Source of the DNA: Blepharisma stoltei ATCC 30299 | Lineage: Eukaryota > Protista > Ciliophora | Assembly (NCBI GenBank): GCA_965603825.1 | Contig: CBFDEM010000035.1 | Span: forward strand, 716,131 to 780,130 | Direction: 5' to 3' | Length of the DNA: 64,000 nucleotides | In this document: one piece after another, positions 10,475 to 24,917 of the stretch | How positions within the stretch are numbered: the stretch's first letter is position 1 | How the letters are laid out: every line of letters starts with the position of its first letter | The notes under the pieces: generated by a model | Seen by the model: the letters and a program-made list of their open reading frames with translations, nothing else | The model's database searches: none | What the model was told of the DNA's origin: nothing | Program-made: the position numbers and the translations under genes

Positions 10475-11767
10475 ATGTCTGGAAGATGCTTCAAAGATGG
10501 TTGTACAAACCAGCTTTATGGGAAATGTGAATGCGAAGGCATTACCTTATTTTGCAAAGACCATGGCTTTGAGCACTGAGAAAAAAAATCTTCTAAAGGA
10601 CACTGATGCCTAAGAGTTTACTTTAAGCCAGCAGAAGAAATTAAGCAGCCAATTATTGATAAACTAATAGCACTCAAAGAAGATATCAAAAACTACAAAA
10701 TCGACGCACTTATCAACGCAAATACAATTATCAAGAATTTTAAAACTACGCTTGGAAGATATATTGATCAGATTAATGAAGTAGAAGCAAGAATCAATAA
10801 GATGCTTACAATTTTATATAGTGGAGAAGAGGTTCTTGACATTGCTAAAGATGATGATATGGAAAGTGTGCTTAAATTAAATGCTTCAGATGTTCAGTAC
10901 AAGATGATTGGGTGGTATATAAGGCCGTGCTACCTAGACTATAAAGATATCAACGCAGCAATTAGTAAAACTTATGGAATACCTTTTAATCCTTTTATGC
11001 AACCTATAGAAGATATCATTGAATGAAATGAACTCTCATTTTTTAGGAATTCCACTTCAAATTTTGCAACTATAAACTTAGATACATTCCAGATTTCTTC
11101 TACTGCAACTCTTCCAACTCAAGAACCAATTCATGGACACACTACAAGCTGTATACTTCCTGATTATACTTATTTCTATTGTTGCAATAACACTAGTTCA
11201 GGCTTAGTGTTTACTATTGACAAAAATAAAAATGTTAAATATCTCCAAAATTCAAAAGTAAATCATTATGCTCATCCTATCTTTTATAATAACTTCATCT
11301 ATTTAATTGGAGGAAGAAATAACTTGGCTGAAAGGTATGATTTTAAACGAAACGTGTGGGAAAGCATGGCTCCACTACCTCAAGGTTTTAATTTTACAAT
11401 TGGTTGCAATGCTTTATATAGAGATTTGATTCTTATAACGAGCTATTATATTCAAAAAATTATAATTTATAGCATAACTCAAAACAACTACCAAGAAGTC
11501 CCCAATTTGGTGTTAAATGCGAGTTATAAATTTATGCTGAGAGGGAATAAAAGAGTTTATTTATTTGAGAAAGGGGGAAGGACTTTTGAAAGTGCTGAAA
11601 ACAATGTTTTTAGTTGGACTCAAATAGGGACTAATAGCATTTATAGAAATTATAATCAATCAAGTGCTGTTCGCTATAAGGGTTGCCTTTACTTCGTTGT
11701 TTGTATTAATCAGCTGTGGAAATTCGATCTTGGTTCTAAGCAAGCATCTCAAGTCGCAACAGTCTAA
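10475..11767 (+). CDS. Cys/His Zn-finger (B-box-like) + coiled-coil + Kelch-like beta-propeller protein, copy A (3 UGA=Trp)
   Basis: Continuous frame under UGA=Trp. CFKDGC..CECE..FC..H..H at the N-terminus; Kelch motif IYLIGG..AERYD..WESMAPLP. Confidence 0.8.
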
Positions 11768-13374
11768 AATAAAATTTAGAACTTTAATAACTTTCTATAC
11801 TCTTAAACAAAATGGTAGTGTAGTAAATCTATTCTCTCACTATAGGTTTAGAGTTTAGCTAACTTACTCCTAAAACGTATAATACAAGTAAAATTGTGGT
11901 ATCATCAATAAATCTGCTTAAAAGCATGCCCTAACATTGAAGAGGGTCAATCAAGTCTGTCAGGGCTTTATAACATCTAGGTTTTAACACCATAAAATTT
12001 ATGTCAAAGTTTAGGGTATGACAAAGTTACCACTTTTCTCATTACACTTCATATATAGAGCCAAGAATCGCAATAAGACTAAGCAGTTTGATTTTCAGCA
12101 CAGTAATTAGTCTAATTTTATTTAATGTATAGCTTTTTAGGGCTATAATAATAAATGGATGCATACCCATTAAAATAGCTATATGCAGCCTCTAGATAGT
12201 GAATTTCAAAGTTGGAAGGAAGTTCAGCCTAATATTTTGAAAAAATGAGTAATTGCGATAAGCCAAATATAAGAGTCCTAGAAAATTATTAAATCACTAA
12301 ATATTCAATTAATTTTTACTAGTGAAGTGCTCCAGGATATTGTATAATTAAAAGCCGAGCATTTAAAAACAAAAGACGTAGCGGAAAACTTAAGGAACTA
12401 TATCAAAATTGACGTGAATTGAGTGAAATTGAATTGCTCAAATATAGGCATTATTATCATGGGAATTGCTAGCTTCTTGAATATAGCAAAATGCATATTC
12501 AAATCAATTTAATAAAAAAGAGCAAAGGGCATTAATCGTTTTGAAGCAATTGAAAGATATTTAGCAGCTGGGTTAGTATTCAAAGAAGATAAATTATCAA
12601 GAATAAGAGAGTTATCAGTGAAAATTCAGCAATCATCTATCAATAGACAAATCAGTGCTTGGATTTACTGGAAAGTAGATCTAAACAATATACTCGATTG
12701 AAGCCAACAAAATGAGGCTGCACAACTTTTCCATTATGCGAGTCAACTGCAGGATATTGTCTGGATCATAAAACTTTACAGGTTCTAAACAGGAGGAGTT
12801 CAAAATAGAAAAACTGTTGAAGGCTTTGAAAAAAACCGAATTTATGGATAATCTTTATTCTCCACTTCCAGCATTTCAGATTTTTACAATTAATGAAATA
12901 ATAAAAGATTGCTACGCTACTGCCAAGTTATTTCCAAACCAGAATAATTCATAGTTAGCGGACTACTGAAGTAAAGGAAAATCCCAAGCAATATCCAAAT
13001 AAAATCTTTATATAAGAGTTGCTGATATTTTTGACGAGCAATTGCTTTACTGTGGATATCATAATTGCTTTAAGAATGATGGAAACATTTTTTTATTTAA
13101 ATATCTTCTCGAAATAGTAGTATTCGATTAGTTATTATTCATTAATTATTGAAGAAAGACATGAAAGCGCATTGAAGCTAACGTATATTATTAATTTCAA
13201 TTAAACTTAGCTGAAAGTCTTGCTGGCTTTTCGAAAGAAAATCTTCAAGGCAAGCATCAACTTTGCAAGCTAGCAAATTGAAGAGATGCAGTATTTGCTA
13301 GAGAAGTGGTAAAGATTCAAATGAAAGCTGCTAAGATTATAAAGTTATAAATGCAATAATTAGCAAAAGTTATG

Positions 13375-13992
13375 AAAAAATTTTAATCCCTTTAGGCAAT
13401 ACAGAGAAAATGCTATTATATCAAATGAGCTTTCATCTTTTATGCATCCTATAAACTTAGATTTCTTCTACAGTAACCCTTTCAACTCAAGAGCCAATTC
13501 ACAAATACACCAGAAGCTGCATACTTCTAATTATACTTATTTTTATTGCTTTAATAATATTATTTCAGGGTAGCTTTTACAATTGACAAAATAAAAATGC
13601 TAAATAGCTTTAAAAATTAAAAGTGATTTGCTATGTTGATATGATATTTCATAATAGATTTATCTATTTATTAGGTGGAAAGAATAGCTTGGCTGAGAGA
13701 TATTATTTTAAGCAAGACTCATGGGAAAGAATGGCTCCATACCTTAAAGTTTGAATTTTAGTTATGGCTGCAATGCTTTATATAGAGATCTGATCCTTAT
13801 AACAAGCTATTATATCAAAAAAATCATAATTTATATATATCATACCTCAAAATAAAACAAAAAGTTTCCAAATGCATATTCTCATAAATTTATGTTGAGA
13901 AATAATAAGCTTATGCATTTGAGAAAGGCGGAAAAATTTTTGAAAGTTCTGAATACAATATTTTAAATTAGACTCAAATAGGGACTAATAGA
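13375..13992 (+). pseudogene. Decayed fourth copy of the Kelch-like gene (propeller part)
   Basis: Recognisable homology (TQEPIHKYT, IYLLGGKNSLAERY, GCNALYRDLILITSYY, TQIGTN) with stops and frameshifts; fused directly to a MORN relic. Confidence 0.8.
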
Positions 13993-15010
13993 TTAGCATT
14001 TCAAGAAAAGTTGCCTTAAAAGAAATAAAAATCTCCTATAGCTGCAAAGTGTCATTAGACACAAAATAGATCGCAAAAATTAGCCTAAAATAATCAATTG
14101 AAGCGAAATTCACCGAGGCTGCTCCTAGTAAAGCCTACTCTGCTCCTTCAGATCCACATTACCAGTATAAAGCTAAAACTAAATTTTTCCTCAAGTGAAA
14201 ACATTGGAAGATCTAGCATAAAAGAAATCCCTGAAAGCCAGATATCTGACTACTCAACTGTGACTGCTATACTTGCATTTTCAAGATCAGGGCCATTTAC
14301 AGTAAAAGAGCCTTTTAAAGATAGTGAGTCTAGAACCAAGCATGAGCCTGTAGAAATGGAAAACAGAGCTACATTCCCTATAAAATAATATTAATTTAGC
14401 ATATATATTAGAGAATGAAACGATAATTATCAAAGAAACAGCTTTGGTGTCCATGATGGGCTTCGATAAGATGGATTTTGGCTAAACAGCAAAGCAAATT
14501 AAAAGGAAGACTGATCCATGGAGATGGAGAAGTCTGAAAAGACGATAAAGCCCACGGCTCTGGAGTCTGTGTCTATGATAAACAGCATAGAGAAGGCACT
14601 GAAGCTTGACATAGCACAATACCAGGGAGAATATGTAGATGGAAAGAAAAAAGGAGGAGGTGGATCTCAATGGGCTGGTGGTCGCATTTATGAAGGCGAG
14701 TTTAAAGATAATGGCATTCATGGGGTAGGGATTTATATGTGGAGTGACGGGAGAAAATATGTAGGAGAGTGGATACATAGCAAAATGGAAGGGGCCGGAG
14801 CTTTTACGCGGATGACAGAATGTTATGAGAAGAAGCATATGTTGATGATAAAAAACAAGAGTATGGAGTGCTTGAGTGGCATATGAAAGAAAATATGAAG
14901 GAGGCTGATATAATGGAAAACAGCATGAACGAGTTTTATTATACTTCGATAGGAAGTAAAAGAGAAGGAGAATGGAAAGACGGCCAAAGAATGAAATGGA
15001 TGACTTATAA
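13993..15010 (+). pseudogene. IQ + MORN-repeat gene relic (MORN-A copy 1)
   Basis: LQSVIR IQ-like motif and YEGEFKDNGIHGVGIYMWSDGRKYVGEW MORN repeats; multiple frameshifts and stops. Confidence 0.8.
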
Positions 15011-15126
15011 TTTAGATAAGTAATATATCAATAGGAAAATTAATTATTTAATGTATTTGAGAAATTTTATTTAAGCACACATTTTATTAGGCAATAAATT
15101 AACACTGTTTTAATATTTTAAGAATT

Positions 15127-15918
15127 ATGGGAAATTACTCTTGCCTCATATGTCCAGATGAAAACGAAAAATCTACTTGAGAACTCCCATGCAACGACAA
15201 AAAGCCTAAAACGCAACCCAGTCGATTTGGAAAATGGAGCTATTTATATTGGAGAATTGGAATAAAAATAGCCTAGGGCCCGGGTTTGGGCTGCAGCTGT
15301 TTACTGATGGTTCTCAATATGAAGGGTATTTGATAAAAAATAAAGCAAATATAAAAGGAAGATTAGTCCGTGTCAATTGAGATGTCTATGAAGGCGAGAG
15401 GAAGAATGACAAGGCTTGTGGATACGGAATTTATGCATATATTTGCGGGGCAAGATATGAATTAACTGAAAAACTGATGAACAAAATGACACAGGGACTG
15501 AGTATCAGCCTAATGGATGAAAATATCATGGAGAGTATTTAAGTGGCCTAAGGCATGAGTTTAGAAAATATGAATTGGAGGATGGAAGTTCCTATGAAGA
15601 GCATTTTAAGGATAATAAATATCATGGAATGGGGGGTTTCACATGACGTGGTCGGAAAATAAGATCTATAGGAGAATGGGCAAATAATAAACTGCATGGG
15701 CAGGGCATTTTACATGGATTGATAGAGGATCATATATTGGGGAGTATGCTAATGATAAAAAGCAAGGATTTGGAGTTTTAGAGCGGCCTGATGGAAGAAA
15801 GTATGAAGGAAACTGGTATAATGACGAAGAGAATGGGATGAGCTGGTATATAGCTAAAGGAGTGAAAAAGAAAGTTGAGTGGAAAGATGGGATAATAAGA
15901 GCATGGACTACTGAATAA
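15127..15918 (+). pseudogene. MORN-repeat gene relic (MORN-B copy 1)
   Basis: MGNYSC start, GFGLQLFTDGSQYEGY and further MORN repeats; frameshifts and an internal deletion relative to copy 2. Confidence 0.8.
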
Positions 15919-17084
15919 TTGTATAATATTTATGCCTATTGTTTTAAAAATTTTTTTTTAAATTATATTGGGGTTAGTTTTCAAACAGAAATTTAGCAGA
16001 CCCAGACATGCCAGCAAAAGCCATCAATAATAGTATTAATCGAGATTATGCAAATTAAAATTATATATAAACAGAGATCCAGGATATTTATTCAGAGGTT
16101 TGCATACTAAAAGCCAAGCTATATGGGATATAGCAGAAATTTGGAAATTATCTCTTAAATTTATATATAATATACGAATGCTATTTTCAGCAATTAAACG
16201 AAATATATTAAATCGCTATTATTCCAAGCTTTAAAAGACCAAATATAATAAAATGAGCATAAGAGATCTCCTAAATAAACAACGAAAAACTGCTAGCTTT
16301 CTCACCTGCAAGGATTTTTCTGACTTTGGCTTTATTCGAAAATCTAGTTCCCTAGACTTCTATAGCGTTTTCTGTTATGCTTTCCAATATAATTTTAAGT
16401 TATTACTTTATAGCTTAGGGCTTCTTGTTCTCAACTGGGCTAAATCGATGAGCAATCATTATAAACTCAAAAGTATTAATTATTTATGCTTAAATAATGG
16501 CACATCATTAAAAAGTCCTCAAAACATATTATAAGATTTTAAAACTAATGCTGAGAAAATATTGAACAAGTGTATTTCTCCTAAAAATTAGCATTTTCAT
16601 ATGCTTTATTTCCATTTGTTTTAAAAACCTTCTCCAATTGATGTTTTTAAGTAAATTCAATGTTTAGTAGCGAAGAGGGTCTATTAAAATTAATTTAGAT
16701 TGTTTGAAAAGCTTCTGTGATTACCCGAAGATAATTTTCTCCGCTCTTCGCCACCAGCTACCTGCTGCCATCTTCAGGATTGGCGCTATGTAATGAGAAA
16801 AGTGGAAACTTTGTTATACCCTAAACTTTGACATAAATTTTCTGGTGTTAAAACCTAGCTGATATAAGACCTGATAGACTTTATGGAACCTTTCCCTGCG
16901 CAATATTAGTCTTCTAATTCAGGACATGCTTAAGCAGATTTATTGATGATACCACAATTTTACTTGTATTATACGTTTTAGGAATAAGTTAGCTAAACTC
17001 TAAACCTATAGTGAGAGAATAGATTTACTACACTACCATTTTGTTTAAGAGTATAGAAAGTTATTAAAGTTCTAAATTTTTATT

Positions 17085-18380
17085 TTAGACTGTTGCGACT
17101 TGAGATGCTTGCTTAGAACCAAGATCGAATTTCCACAGCTGATTTGGATAAACAACGAAGTAAAGGCAACCCTTATAGCGAACAGCACTTGATTGATTTA
17201 AATCTCCTGTGATGCTATTAGTCCCTATTTGAGTCCAACTAAAAACATTGTTTTCAGCACTTTCAAAAGTCCTTCCCCCTTTCTCAAATAAATAAACTCT
17301 TTTATTCCCTCTCAGCATAAATTTATGATAATTGCCATTTAACAGCAAATTGGGGACTTCTTGGTAGTTGTTTTGAGTTATGCTATAAATTATAATTTTT
17401 TGAATATAATAGCTCGTTATAAGAATCAAATCTCTATATAAAGCATTGCAACTAATTCCAAAATTAAAACCTTGAGGTAGTGGAGCCATGCTTTCCCACA
17501 CGTTTCGTTTAAAATCATACCTTTCAGCCAATTTATTATTTCCTCCAATTAAATAGATGAAGTTATTATAAAAGATAGGATGAGCATAATGATTTACTTT
17601 TGAATTTTGGAGATATTTAACATTTTTATTTTTGTCAATAGTAAACACTAAGCCTGAACTAGTGTTATTGCAACAATAGAAATAAGTATAATCAGGAAGT
17701 ATACAGTTTGTAGTGTATGCGCTAATTGATTCTTGAGTTGGAAGAGTTGCAGTAGAAGAAATCTGGAAGGTATCTAAATTTATAGTTGCAAAATTTGAAG
17801 AATTATTCCTAAAAAATGAGAGCTCGCTTGATATGATCATATTTTCTATATCATACATAAAAGGATTAAAAGGTTTTTCATAAGTTTTGCTAATTGCTGC
17901 ATTAATATCTTTATAGTCTAGGTAACACTCTTTTATATCTCATCCATTCATCTTACACCGGGCATCTGAAGCATTTAATTTAAGCACGCTTTCCATATCA
18001 TCATCTTTAGCAATATCAAGAACTTCATCTCCACTATATAAAATTGTAAGCACTTTATTGATTCTTGCTTCTGCTTTATTAATCTGATCAATATATATTC
18101 CAAGCGTAGTATTGAAATTCTTGATAATTGTATTTGCGTTGATTAGTGCGCCAATTTTGTAGTTTTTGATATCTTCTTTGAGTGCTATTAGTTTATCAAT
18201 AATTGGCTGCTTAATTTCTTCTGCTGGCTTAAAGTATAGTCTTAGGCAACGGTGCCCTTTAGAAGTTGGTTTTTCTAAATGCTCAAGGCTGTGCGCTTTG
18301 CAAAATAAGACAATGCCTTCGCATTCACATTTCCCATAAAGCTGCTTTGTACAGCCATCTTTGAAGCATCTTCCAGACAT
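17085..18380 (-). CDS. Zn-finger + coiled-coil + Kelch-like protein, copy B (UGA=Trp at 17940-17942)
   Basis: Two track ORFs are in frame across a TGA that aligns with TGG in copy A. Confidence 0.85.
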
Positions 18381-18874
18381 AATTATAGAATCATAATAAG
18401 CTATTATTTCTTTTCTTATTTAAAGTTTATTTCCCCAGATAAAAATTATAATCCTAACAGCTCGATTATATTTTATATTCTTAACCTTATCTGATTAGAT
18501 TCTTAAGATATAGCATAGGCATATTTTCCTTTAATAGTTTATTATATATTTATAGTGCTCTTTAAAGCTCTCTTATTAATTAAAATACGTCTTCTAAATA
18601 TTTATTTGAACTATTCATATCCTACTTTATTTTGTAATGGAGCAGAAATGAAGTCACAAGGCGCCCTGGGCTTATAGACCAAGATTTGGCACTGGCGAGG
18701 AATCTTATTACAGATAGGGTTTAGATGATGATGATGATTATGACAGCTTATTCTGGATGAGAAATTCTTGGACGATGCTGATAAATTCTCAGAAAATGAT
18801 TAAATAAGATTTTGAACGAGAAGAAGGTGATGAGGAAGAAGGAGAATACAGGGAAAGTGCACTGATTACTCTAA

Positions 18875-19482
18875 AGATATCTCCATTGTAACGGACTAAT
18901 CTTCCTTTTATGTTTGCTTTATCTTTTATCCAATACCCTTCATATTGAGACCCATCAGTAAACAGCTGCAGCCCAAACCCGTGCCTTTGGCGTTTTTTAT
19001 AACATTCTCCTATATAAATAGATCCATTTTCCAACTCGACTCGGTTGCACTTCATTCTTGGCTCATTTTCAGGAAATAGCTCATCAATTTTATAAGGCTC
19101 TAGTTAGCTCTGTCAACAGCTGTTGAGTAATCAGGGACTTCTTCTTTTGGGATTTCTTTTAAAAAAGATCTGGTAATATGGGCAGAGAAGGAGGGAAAAA
19201 ATGCTTAAGTAGGGGAGAGTCTCAGCTATTTTGTGCTTTTATTGGTTTTGTCCTGCTGATGATTTGAGTTATTTTACGATCTAAATAGCCACGGAGGACA
19301 CTTTGGAGATGGACGATTTCCAGCTTGCTGATTTGAATTTCAGTTTTGAGGCTTTTTATCATCGTCGCATGGAAATTCTTGTTCGAGGCTGGGCTTATGG
19401 AAGGTCTTTGCATTTCTTGGAAACTTTCTGTAATAAATTTTTCGTTTTCGTCTCGATATGTGAGGCAAGTGTAATTTCCCAT
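18875..19482 (-). pseudogene. MORN-B copy 2 (3'-truncated)
   Basis: MGNYTC start, IQ motif LQSVLRGYLDR, GFGLQLFTDGSQYEGYW; stops, and homology ends abruptly near 18875. Confidence 0.75.
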
Positions 19483-19597
19483 AGCTGTTAAAATATTATA
19501 ATAGTTTAGTTTATGCCTAATAAAATTTGTGCTTAAATAAAATTTATCAAATACATTAAATAATTAATTTTCCTATTGAAATATTACTATCTAGATC

Positions 19598-20720
19598 ATA
19601 AGTCATCCATTTCATTCTTTGACCATCTTTCCATTATCCTTCTCTTTTACTTCTAATAAAATCCGTCCATGCTGTTTTCCATTATACCAGCCTCCTTCAT
19701 ATTTTCTTCCATCAGGCACCCAAGTACTCCATATCCTTATTTTTTATCATAAAACATATCTTCATTTATATGTCATTCCATAAAAGTTCCGATCCCTTCC
19801 ATTTTACTATATATTTTTTATTATAATAAATTCTGCATTCATTAATAATAAATTTTATAATAAATGTATTATGGAGTATCTATTTTCCTAAATATTTTCT
19901 ACCGTCACTCCTCATATAAATCCTCGCCCTATGAAAACCATAATCTTTAAGCTGACCTTTATAAAAATCCCCCAGCCCATTCAAATCTGTCTTTCCCTTG
20001 TTTCTTTCCGCCTGCATATTCTCCTTGGTATCGTGCTCTGCCAAATTTCAGTGCCTTCTCCATTCTGTTTAGCATCTTTCCAATATAGCTCCGTTCATAT
20101 AGACATAGACTCGAAAGCCGTGGGTTTTGTCGTTTTTTCATTCACCTTTATAGATTTCTCCAACCCCATTGATCAGTCTACCTTTTAAATTTACTTTGTC
20201 GTTTAACCAAAATCCATTATATCGAAGCCCATCATGGACACCAAAGCCGTGTCTTTGATAATTATTGTTTAATTCTCGAATATATATGCTAAATTAACTA
20301 AATTTTAATTATTTAATTAATGGGGAGTATGCCCAGTTTTCCATTCGACAGGCACATACTTGGTTCTATGCTCGCTATCTTTAAAAGGCTCTTTTACTGT
20401 AAATGGTCCTGGTCTTGAAAATGCAAGATGAGTAGTCAGTGATTTCTTTTATGCTAGATCTTACAATATTTTCACTTGCAAGAAAATAATTAGTTTTAAC
20501 TTTTACTGAGTATTTGAATCTGAAGGGGCAGAAACACTTCAACTGACTTTGTTAGGTTAATACTTTTGATTTTTTGGGTGATCTATATAGCGCCTAAGTA
20601 CACTTTGCAGCTTTACGATGCCTCATAAAGAGATTTTTAGCTCTTTTAAAGGGACTGTTTCTTGTTATGCTAGGTTGCTTTATACTCTGATAGGTTAAAA
20701 GCTTTCTTATTCATAACAGG
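19598..20720 (-). pseudogene. MORN-A copy 2
   Basis: Reverse-complement homology to 13993-15010 (e.g. gaagcccatcatggacaccaaagc); frameshifts. Confidence 0.75.
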
Positions 20721-21664
20721 CTACGCCCTAAATTCGTAGACTTATAAAAATCAGCATTTCATCTATTACCCTCTCTATTTTGCCTTACTGGTGATTAAAT
20801 AGTCTGCAAAGCGTCATACTGAAGACTTAATTTTTCCCCTTGAATATTTTTCGTGCTTAATTCCTCAAACAATTCTTCCTTGTTTTTTGTTAAACTCTTG
20901 GAATTTGCTTTTAGAAGCAATAGAATCATAAGCTATTTATATGCTTGATGTCTTTTTTATTTAGCTCGATTCCTAGCTCGTTTTCTAAAATAAAATCATG
21001 GGACATTTTATTTTCAATAGAAATAATTTCTAGCAGGGGTCTTTAGTTGGACTTGCCGGGTCTTTAAATTTTGATTTAATTGGTTGGTTTAGGGTTTTGG
21101 ACCTGTATCTTTGCCCAAATAGCGGGACTGGTTAGATTTGAGCAGGTAAGACTTGGATTTGGATGATAATTTTCCAATGATGGAGTTATACCTTCTTATT
21201 AAATTGTCCTTGTGAGCTTCGTAAGACTTAGCCAAGGATAGTTGAGAAATTCATAATTAAGACATAAGGATTTTAAGGGGAAAATGCTGAGGGAATGCAC
21301 AATTTCGCTTTTCATGTATAATCAGTTTTGCATTCATTATTCTTTTGCGCTTAATTTGGTCCGAATTAAACGGATGATAAATCGTAAATATTATTATTAT
21401 TATTCTTTTGCGCTTATAAATGGCATTTTGAAAGAATTTAAATAATTGGCAAAGAAATGAAACTGAAAATTGGAATTGAATCGTCAATTTTTGCCTGTGT
21501 AATTATTTAGCAAGGCAATAGATTCTTTAAGTAGCCATTACAATTTATAGCAATTTGTATTCATCACGCTTTATTTATTGATATTTGCATTTATTTTTTG
21601 ATAATTATTTACAAATATTAATAACTTAATTTTATGAATTTCTAAAATACGCATCATTTTGGGA

Positions 21665-23957
21665 AATATGATTAATTGGCAGATTTACAATTATTTACCT
21701 TTGCAGAACCAAACCCTGACAGAGTAGAATACCAGTACATCGATCTAGACTCTCCAGTCATCGAAATAAAATTCTGCGGCGCTCAAGACGAAGTCACGCT
21801 TCTTCTCACCACTGAAAATTCAATATATCGCTCTGAAAACAAAGACTTTTCATGGAAGCTGCTTTCCCCAATTCTAGAAAAAGAAAAAAAAGGCAGGATC
21901 AACAGTAGGCAAGGTAATCCAAATAATCTTAAATCCAGCCTACAAGCAAGTCGTGGTGATGCTAGGAAGCACAGGCCTTAACTGGCTTTCAGAAGATTGT
22001 GGCAAAACAATAAAAGCTTTAAACTATGGACAACCAATGGAAGAATATCACTTTCATCCTACAGAAAGAGACTGGGGATTAGCAGCGTCCTGGAGCAAAT
22101 GCTCAGATTTCGTAGGTAAATCCTGCAAAAAATACAGAGCTGTTTATCTGACAAAAAATTTAGGAGAAACTTGGACAAAAGTTGTGGATTATACTGTCCA
22201 ATTTTCATGAGCATATAAAAATTTAGCACAAAATATCAGAAAAAATATCCCAAAAAAAAGAATTTATGTCACAAGAAGTTTGGAGGAATGAGACCAAAAG
22301 GTGGCAGGATGAAGCTATAATGTTGATATGATAAAAAGTGATGATTTTTTCAAAACCTCTTCAATTTTAGTCCCACATTGAATAAATTTTTACTAGCTGA
22401 AAAATACATTTTAGTAACTCAATTTATTGAAGAAGGATCACAAGATGTTTCTAACGAAGAAAATATAGAGAAGTTCTATAAAGCAGAATTGCCTATTAGA
22501 AGAATTCCTGAGAATAGCTATACTTTATTAGACACAAGTGAAGGGTCAATTTTTCTCAATATAAACGATTCTGGCCCAGACTCAAGATATGGAAGCATCT
22601 ACAAATCTGACGTCACAGGCAGAAAATTTGTATTCTCTCTCCTTCGCAACGTCAGAGATGCAAAAGGATACTGCGATTTTAACAGATTTTATGAGCTGAA
22701 GGAATTTATATAGCCAATATCTATGACCAGGAAAAAACTAACGAAGAATTTGATGCTTCTACCACAAAAAGGCAAACAATTATCGCAGATTTAGACCAAA
22801 GCTACAAGAAAACTGTTATTTCATTCAAAAAAGGAGGATTTTGGAATCCTTAACCCTCCAGAAATGGATTCTAGTGGTAAGCATGCCCTCTGCAAAGACA
22901 AAGACTGTTCCCTTCATTTACATTCCATTACTTCTCAAAAATTCGGTCCTGTTTATTCCTCAGTAAATGCTGTCGGAATTATCATAGGTGTGGGAAATGT
23001 TGGAAAATATTTATCCAATAAGCCTGACGAACTCAATACCTATTTATCAAGAGATGGCGGACTAACCTGGACTGAAATTAAAAAAGGGTCATATATTTAT
23101 GAAACCGGTGGCCAGGATTCTATTATAGTAATGCCTGATAGCCAACAAGCCACAGATAAGTTCTATTTATCTTGGGATGAGGGCCTTACTTGAGACTCAG
23201 TCAAATTTACTGACATTCCTATAGAAATTGACGATATTATCATTGAGTCCAAAGCGACATCTCAGAATTTCATTATATTTGGCAAAATATGAGAAAAAGG
23301 AGCCAGTATAGCCATTGATTTTTCTTCACTTCATCAGCGACAATGCAAAGGTGCTGATAAGCCAGGAGAAAGCAATAGTGACTATGAGCTGTGGAGGGAG
23401 GTCTTGGGATAAATGCTTGTTAGGCAGAAAAGTAGAATATGTCAGGAGAAAAAGAGAAAGCAAATGCTTTAATCGAGAAAAGTTCAAAAGAGGCACGTTT
23501 CTACATAATTGTGCATGCGTTATACCTAATTTTGAGTGCGATTTTTGATTTTCCAGAGAAAATGGAGGGCTGTGTAATAAAATTGAAGGGTCTATTGGTG
23601 AAGAAAAATGCCAGAACGGGGAAGAGTATTATGAAATTCCAAGTGGGCTCAGAAAAATATCCGGAGATACCTGTGAGCACGGGCTCAGTTTTTATTTAGA
23701 CCCACTTAAATATAAATGTGACCCCGAGTGAAATCATCAATCTCCTTTTCAATATAGCAATTATAATTGCCTTGATTTAACTTGCATTTTCAAATTTTAT
23801 CTGCAGAAAATGGACTGAATTTTAAAGGTCTAAATTTTTTAGCAAGGCTAGGTAGTTCGAAGGCCTCAGTGTTGCTCCTGAAGGTATGAAAAAAGAGCTT
23901 CCTGCTATAGGAAATGACACTTTTGACGAAGAATCCAAATTTAATCCTAATTCTTAA
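21665..23957 (+). pseudogene. VPS10/sortilin family gene, frameshifted
   Basis: Asp-box/BNR motifs (SEDCGKT, TKNLGETW, YLSRDGGLTW, SWDEGLT), CSLHLHS, GIIIGVGNVG and Cys-rich 10CC CLLGRK..YVRRK; at least five frame changes. Confidence 0.85.
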
Positions 23958-24917
23958 AATTATTATAAAAAATGAGCATCCGTAATGGGCTGGAGAATGC
24001 TTTAAAAGAAATACAAACTCATCCTGACAAAATCGACGAGTGTCTGAAAAAGACTATTTTTAAAGATTCTGATTCAATATTTATTGAATACAAAAGAAGA
24101 CCTTGAAAAACAAAAAATGCTCTCATAAATGAATTGCTGATATCGATGATCTGAATTCGTTAATTTGCTTTACTTTTTCAGCAAAAAAAGGCAAAAAATA
24201 AAGATCCTGAGCTAAGGCTTAAGGTTTGACAGAAAAAATCCTAGCTCTTAAATTCACAAGAAACTTGCTAATCAATCCGAACCATTGCACCTGAAACCGA
24301 GCTCCTAGCCAGCGGAGCAAAACCCTGGCGCCTGTAGTTAATAATGCAATTCCGAAGAACCGAAAAGTCTTCAAACCACGACTTCGTGGTCTAAAAACTG
24401 AATGTATGAGGCTCCCATAGATATTGAGGAATCTTTTCGAAATTAATTGGATGTGCTGGAAGTAAATATGAAAATACTCCTATTGATATTTTCAGCTTGG
24501 CCGGGTTTAATGAAGCCTTTCTGAAAAGAGATCAATTTTATAAACGACGTATTAGGCCGAGACTGTGTTGAGATACTCCGAAAAATGCAGATAAAAGCCG
24601 CTGAATCTAAAGAAGAACATCATCATCTTAACCCTATCCGTAATAAGGTTATTCTGCTCCATTACAAAATAAAGCAAGATATGAATAATTCAAATAAATA
24701 TTTAGAAGACGTATTTTAATTAATTAGAGAGCTTCAAAGCACAATATAAAAATATGATAAGCTATTCCAAGAAAATATGCCTGTGCTATATCTTAAAAAT
24801 TTAATCGGATAAGACTAAGAACATAAAATATAATTGAGCTGTTAGGATTATAATTTTATCTGGGGAAAGAAACTTTAACTAAGATAAGAAATAATAGTTT
24901 ATTATGATTCTATAATT

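Noticed and set aside
11929-11936. Internal CCCTAACA telomere unit downstream of Kelch copy A
   Set aside because: A single 8-mer is expected by chance in 60 kb and there are no adjacent repeats.
12290-13350. Coding-like relic, possibly the C-terminal part of a TPR-family gene
   Set aside because: Too decayed to assign to a family by eye.
21336-21416. 18-bp direct repeat ATTATTCTTTTGCGCTTA x2
   Set aside because: Only two AT-rich copies 63 bp apart with no associated feature.
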